From Myxococcota bacterium (GTDB taxonomy: Bacteria > Myxococcota > UBA4151): a stretch of DNA of 64,000 bases. Below the pieces are notes generated by a model. It was given only the letters and a program-made list of their open reading frames with translations, was not told the origin of the DNA and did not search any database. Positions 59,273 through 64,000 of this stretch are shown piece by piece. The position numbers were made by a program, and so were the translations under genes. Position 1 is the stretch's first letter; each line of letters starts with the position of its first letter. Location: positions 64,001 to 128,000 of the forward strand of contig JAYZBQ010000015.1 in assembly GCA_036338695.1 (NCBI GenBank). Direction: 5' to 3'.

Positions 59273-61225
59273 ATGCGATCCAACTACAGAACTTTAGCCG
59301 TGTGGGCGATCGTGCTCGGCTCGCTGTTTCTCTTGGTGTCCCTACGCACCGTCCGCCCCGATCAGGGGCGTGAGGTCAGCTTCTCCGAGCTGATGCAGAC
59401 CATCCACGAGCTCGACGAGAGCGAGGACTCGTTGGCGAAGCTCACGGTACGAGGAATGGATTGGCGTCTAGAACTTGATCAGGGGCGTGATGTCCTCGTC
59501 GCCACGGGGCCGCTCACCGATGAGTTCGTCAACAAGGTGATGCCAGCCCACAAGGGGATGGTCGTTAATCTCGAGAAGGCTGAGGACACGAGCTTTTGGT
59601 CGAGCTTCTTGATCAGCTGGTTGCCAACGCTGTTGCTGCTCGGCTTCTTCATCATGTTCCTGCGCAACTTACAGTCAGGCAGCGGTAAGGCGATGAGTTT
59701 CGGGAAGAACAAGGCGAAGATGCTGACCGAAGCGCAGAACAAGCACACCTTCGCCGACGTTGCGGGCTGCGACGAGGCCAAGCGCGAGCTCGAAGAGGTC
59801 GTTCACTTCTTGCGTGACCCCCAAAAGTTCACCCGGCTGGGTGGTAAGCTCCCCAAGGGGGTGCTGCTGATGGGGTCGCCGGGTACGGGTAAAACCTTGC
59901 TCGCTAAGGCGGTCGCTGGTGAAGCGAAGGTGCCCTTCTTTACGATCTCAGGCTCGGACTTCGTCGAGATGTTCGTGGGCGTCGGGGCGTCGCGTGTTCG
60001 CGACCTCTTCGAGCAAGCCAAAAAGCACGCGCCGTGCATCGTCTTTATCGACGAAATCGACGCCGTCGGGCGCCACCGAGGCGCCGGCTTGGGTGGGGGG
60101 CATGACGAGCGCGAGCAGACCCTCAATCAGCTGCTCGTCGAGATGGACGGGTTCGAGGCGAACGAGGGCATCATCATCGTGGCGGGTACCAACCGACCCG
60201 ACGTCTTGGACCCTGCGCTGCTGCGCCCAGGGCGCTTTGATCGCCGGGTGACGGTGCCGCTGCCGGACCTCAAGGGGCGCGAAGCGATCCTGAAGGTACA
60301 CACCCGGGAGGTGCCACTCTCGCCCAACGTCGAGATCCCTGTGATCGCCCGCTCCACACCGGGCTTCTCAGGAGCCGACTTAGCCAACCTGATCAACGAG
60401 TCCGCGTTGCTCGCTGCGGTCAGCGATGCACAGCGGGTGGAGCCTGAGCACGTCGAGTCGGCACGCGACAAAATCACGATGGGCTCGGCGCGGCGCTCCA
60501 TGGTGATGAGCGAAGAGCAGCGGCACGCCACGGCTGTGCACGAAGCAGGGCACGCCGTAATCGCCTACTATACCGACGGCGCAGACCCGCTTCACAAGGT
60601 GACGATCATCCCGCACGGGCGTGCGCTCGGTGTCACGATGCAGCTGCCGGAAGAGGACCGCTACTGCGTGAACCGTAAGGACGTCAAAACGCAGATCAAG
60701 GTCCTGCTCGGCGGCTACCTCGCTGAGATGAAGTACTTCGGCGAAGAGGGCACGACCAGCGGTGTGAGCAACGACCTCAAGCGCGCCAAGCAGCTCGCCA
60801 CCCGGATGGTGAGTGAGTTCGGCATGTCTCGCTTAGGGCCGATCTTTTACGGAGGCGACAGCGACGAGGTCTTCTTGGGGCGTGAGATGGCGACCCGGGC
60901 GACCAACCAGAGCGACGCCACCACCCGTGAGGTGGACGAGGAGCTCCGGACGATCATCGAAGACTGCTACGGCATCGCCAAGCAGCTGCTCGATGATCGC
61001 AGCCACGAACTCGAGCTGCTCACGCAGGCGCTGTGCACGCACGAGACCGTGTCGGGTCGTGAGGTCGACCATCTCTTCGAGCACGGCGTGATGCCGACCG
61101 CTCCCGTCGTTGAGCCGAACTCAGAGCCCGAGCAGCGCTCGCTGCCGACGCCTGAGCCTGACGTCGAGGACGACAAAGACTCCACCGGCGATATCGGCGG
61201 GGGGTTGTTGCCCAACCCTGCCTGA
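59273..61225 (+). CDS. ftsH: ATP-dependent zinc metalloprotease FtsH
   Basis: Two TM helices, [37 protein letters not shown]. Confidence 0.98.
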   Translation: MRSNYRTLAVWAIVLGSLFLLVSLRTVRPDQGREVSFSELMQTIHELDESEDSLAKLTVRGMDWRLELDQGRDVLVATGPLTDEFVNKVMPAHKGMVVNLEKAEDTSFWSSFLISWLPTLLLLGFFIMFLRNLQSGSGKAMSFGKNKAKMLTEAQNKHTFADVAGCDEAKRELEEVVHFLRDPQKFTRLGGKLPKGVLLMGSPGTGKTLLAKAVAGEAKVPFFTISGSDFVEMFVGVGASRVRDLFEQAKKHAPCIVFIDEIDAVGRHRGAGLGGGHDEREQTLNQLLVEMDGFEANEGIIIVAGTNRPDVLDPALLRPGRFDRRVTVPLPDLKGREAILKVHTREVPLSPNVEIPVIARSTPGFSGADLANLINESALLAAVSDAQRVEPEHVESARDKITMGSARRSMVMSEEQRHATAVHEAGHAVIAYYTDGADPLHKVTIIPHGRALGVTMQLPEEDRYCVNRKDVKTQIKVLLGGYLAEMKYFGEEGTTSGVSNDLKRAKQLATRMVSEFGMSRLGPIFYGGDSDEVFLGREMATRATNQSDATTREVDEELRTIIEDCYGIAKQLLDDRSHELELLTQALCTHETVSGREVDHLFEHGVMPTAPVVEPNSEPEQRSLPTPEPDVEDDKDSTGDIGGGLLPNPA

Positions 61226-61237
61226 GAGGCGAGCGCG

Positions 61238-62089
61238 GTGAGCAAGCCACCCTGGCTTCGGCAGAAGCAGCCCGTCGTGATGGGCATCTTGAACCTCACG
61301 CCCGACTCGTTCAGCGACGGTGGCGAGTTGGTCAGGGTTGATGATGTTTTGCGGCGGGCTGAGCGCATGGTCACCGACGGAGCCGCGTTGCTGGACCTCG
61401 GCGCCGTGAGCACGCGCCCCGGCGCGCCGGAGGTCAGTGAAGAGGAGGAGCTGCGGCGGCTGTTGCCTGCGCTCGATGCCGTGCTGCGTGAGGGCTTCGG
61501 GGCGGTGAGCGTTGACACGTTCCGGCCGGCGGTGGCGCGTGCGGCGCTGCGGGCTGGGGCGTCGATGATCAACGACGTCTACGGCGCTCGTCAGCCCGGT
61601 ATGCTCAAGGTGCTCGGCGAGCATAAGCCGTGGGTCTGTGTGATGCACATGAAAGGCTCTCCGCAGACGATGCAAAAGGGCGCCATCGCCTACCAAGACG
61701 TGGTTGAGCAGGTGGCTGCTTGGCTCGATGAGTCCGCAGGCGCCGTCGTCGCTGCCGGCGTGCCCCAGGACTGCGTTCTCGTGGATCCTGGGATCGGCTT
61801 TGGGAAAACCGATGCGCACAATCTCGCGCTGACGCTTGGTTGTCAGCGGTTGGCTTCCCGTACAGGCTGCGCCGTGCTGTATGGCGCCTCGCGCAAGAGC
61901 ATCATAGGCAGGCTCGCTGCGGTCGATGCGCCCAAAAAGCGACTTCCGGGTAGCCTGAGTTTGCTCGGTGGAGCGTACCGAAGCGGCGCGCGCGTCTTTC
62001 GCGTCCATGACGTCGAAGAGACGGTCCAGTTTTTGGCGCTTGAGCGCGCCCTACTCGAGGCGAACGACCTCGCCGCTGCGTACCAGTAA
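61238..62089 (+). CDS. folP: dihydropteroate synthase
   Basis: MGILNLTPDSFSDGG, STRPG, SVDT, INDV, DPGIGFGK, SRKS, RVHDV. Confidence 0.97.
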   Translation: MSKPPWLRQKQPVVMGILNLTPDSFSDGGELVRVDDVLRRAERMVTDGAALLDLGAVSTRPGAPEVSEEEELRRLLPALDAVLREGFGAVSVDTFRPAVARAALRAGASMINDVYGARQPGMLKVLGEHKPWVCVMHMKGSPQTMQKGAIAYQDVVEQVAAWLDESAGAVVAAGVPQDCVLVDPGIGFGKTDAHNLALTLGCQRLASRTGCAVLYGASRKSIIGRLAAVDAPKKRLPGSLSLLGGAYRSGARVFRVHDVEETVQFLALERALLEANDLAAAYQ

Positions 62090-64000
62090 AAGCTGCATCG
62101 AGATTGGCTCATCAGGGCAGAGGCGAGACACGACACGGCGGTAAGCCTCGAGCTGGGGTCGGTAGCGCTCTTTGAGCACGGCGTGGCTCTTTTCGCGTGT
62201 CACCTTCCAGTCCGCGACCACCAGCTCTCCCGAGGCTGTTCGGTAGATCAGGTCGATAAATCCGGTGCCCATACGCGCCTTGCTCGTCGGGTCCAGCCAC
62301 GCGGCGGGGCAGCTAAACGGCAGCTCGCGTGCGACCAGCTCGCTGTTGATCAGCGATTGAGCGAGCGGGCTCTGAGCGAAGTGCTCCAGAACAGCGAGCG
62401 ACTCATCGAAGACAGGGCCGAGCGACTCACTCGGTAGCTGCTCCGCCATCTGCGCAAGCGCTCGCTCGGTGACCTCCAGGATTTGTTCGCTGAGGGGCCG
62501 CGAGAAGTCGATCAGCTCGAGGACCAGGTGGACGAGCTCACCGACAGCGGTTGCGATCCGGCGTCGTTGCGGGATCGCATCGTCGTCCGCCTCATCACGC
62601 GCATCGCCTTGCCGGTGGCGCTCATCGTGAAGCGTATCAATTTGACTCGGTGAGACGCTGAGGGGCTGCGCCACCATCCAATCTCCTGATTGGCTCACGT
62701 GGGGGGCGTAAGGACCGATCGACTCGTCGGGCAAAGCGGGATCATCAGCGCCGCTGAGCAGCGTGACGTGACCCGCTGGATCGAGCGAGCTGACAAGGTG
62801 ATCGATGGGAGTCCCAGTGTTGTCGACGCCACCGACTAACCAAAGCTCACGCTCGGCTCGTGTACACGCCACGTAGGCGAGGCGCCGCTCCTCGGCCTCG
62901 CTGCGCTGCTCCTGAGCCGCCTGAAGCTCAAGCAAGGGGCCGACCCAAGGCCCTTTGGGGACGTCGATGGCGAGCGCCTGCCCGTGCCCACTAAGCGGCT
63001 TGCGACGGTTGTTGCCACCTTTACAGGGGAGGCTCGCTGCGATGACCCAAGGCCACTCGAGGCCTTTGGCACCGTGGAGCGTCATGACGACGACGCCGTC
63101 ACTGCCCGATGCGCTCTGCATATAATCCGCCGCGTCGCGATGCAGCTCGACCCACTCGGTCAGGTCGACCTCTGGGTCGCCGGCTGCTTCGAAGAACTCG
63201 GACGCCAAGCGCTGAAGGTCGGCTGCTTGCTGCGGTGCGGCAGCCCATGGGCCAGGACACCAGCCGCCTGTGATCAGCTGCGCTTGAAGCTCACTCAGGC
63301 GCCTCGCCTCAAAGAGCGATCGCAACGTGATCAGCTGCTGGACCTGATCACGGCGCTCGGGCAAAAGCTCGGTTGCCTCAAGCAACGCAGTGAGGGTGCC
63401 GCGTGCAAGGAAGGTGCTCAACTCGCTCGGAGCCCAGTTAAATAGTGGGCTCTGGAGGAGGCCGAACACGGTCGCTGTGTCTGACTGTCCCGACAAAACG
63501 CTCAGCAGGCACAGCAGGTCGTGCATCGCCTCATGCTCCAAGCCGTTGCGACGACCGACCGCCGTCACGGGGAGGCCGTGCGCCGTCAGGATACGGCACC
63601 AGTCTTCGACCTGCGCGCCGCTTCGTGCCAAAATGGCGCAATCGCTTGGCTTGATCGCGTCGTCAGCCTTTAAGCGAGCCTTGATCAGCAGGGCGACCTC
63701 GCTCTGGAGCCGCGCACGCTCGGCGACGGTTTCATTCCCTTTCGGCTTGGTCCAGCCGAACACTTGGACGTCGCCGGGACCTGCGTGGTCTCGAGGGATC
63801 ATCGTCGCCGCCTCGCCAAACGCCTCGTGAAAGCCTGTTGCGACCAGGTCGAGGACGGCTTGATCCGACCGAAAGTTGCGACTCAGCTTGAGCGGGGTAG
63901 CGCCGTTCTCGATGAGCTCACCACAGAACGCTGTGAACGCGTCGAGGTCGGCGCCTCGAAACCCGTAGATGCTCTGCTTATCGTCGCCGACGATAAACAA
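62051..64000 (-). CDS. AddA/RecB-like UvrD helicase with a C-terminal PD-(D/E)XK nuclease, 5'-truncated by the window edge
   Basis: GDDKQSIYGFRGA, NFRS, AILAR, TLHGAKGLE, EERRLAYVACTRA, GFIDL...DWK, QL.AY. Confidence 0.88.
   Translation of the reverse strand: MFIVGDDKQSIYGFRGADLDAFTAFCGELIENGATPLKLSRNFRSDQAVLDLVATGFHEAFGEAATMIPRDHAGPGDVQVFGWTKPKGNETVAERARLQSEVALLIKARLKADDAIKPSDCAILARSGAQVEDWCRILTAHGLPVTAVGRRNGLEHEAMHDLLCLLSVLSGQSDTATVFGLLQSPLFNWAPSELSTFLARGTLTALLEATELLPERRDQVQQLITLRSLFEARRLSELQAQLITGGWCPGPWAAAPQQAADLQRLASEFFEAAGDPEVDLTEWVELHRDAADYMQSASGSDGVVVMTLHGAKGLEWPWVIAASLPCKGGNNRRKPLSGHGQALAIDVPKGPWVGPLLELQAAQEQRSEAEERRLAYVACTRAERELWLVGGVDNTGTPIDHLVSSLDPAGHVTLLSGADDPALPDESIGPYAPHVSQSGDWMVAQPLSVSPSQIDTLHDERHRQGDARDEADDDAIPQRRRIATAVGELVHLVLELIDFSRPLSEQILEVTERALAQMAEQLPSESLGPVFDESLAVLEHFAQSPLAQSLINSELVARELPFSCPAAWLDPTSKARMGTGFIDLIYRTASGELVVADWKVTREKSHAVLKERYRPQLEAYRRVVSRLCPDEPISMQLLLVRSGEVVRLE

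Noticed and set aside
62051..64000. Helicase-nuclease as a defence system or Cas4-like gene
   Set aside because: The architecture fits housekeeping AddA/RecB. The 5' part and partner gene lie outside the window, and no defence context is visible.

Overview
A gene-dense, high-GC (about two-thirds by eye) bacterial chromosomal segment with about 57 CDSs. The source is most likely Myxococcota or a close deltaproteobacterial relative; this is inferred from Hanks-type kinases, myxobacterial-style Cys-rich lipoproteins and DAG-repeat linkers. Core functions dominate: yraN-rsmI; a thiolase/hbd/crotonase/two-ACAD operon; panC; tdk-upp-hpt; HMG-CoA lyase plus a hydratase; a DsbD-like protein; ABC-F; pepN-FKBP-algH; mdh-sdhCAB; sucCD; IHF; carB-greA-truD-RluA; rpsA; rsmD-coaD-aminotransferase-tilS-ftsH-folP; and a partial AddA/UvrD helicase-nuclease. 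Several Cys-rich surface lipoproteins are interspersed. I found no tRNA, rRNA, CRISPR array, transposase or integrase. The best leads are: (1) a three-hairpin rpsA leader in which two loops are perfectly complementary (a kissing loop); (2) a 46-aa Lys/Arg-rich gene with its own promoter, strong RBS and terminator, a candidate lineage-specific ribosome-associated protein; (3) a TilS with several degenerate catalytic motifs; (4) a recurrent non-canonical CAnnnn -10 box exactly 17 nt after TTGAC -35 boxes; and (5) a three-gene Cys-rich lipoprotein operon downstream of a cNMP sensor. All family calls come from motif recognition by eye; no database searches were run.
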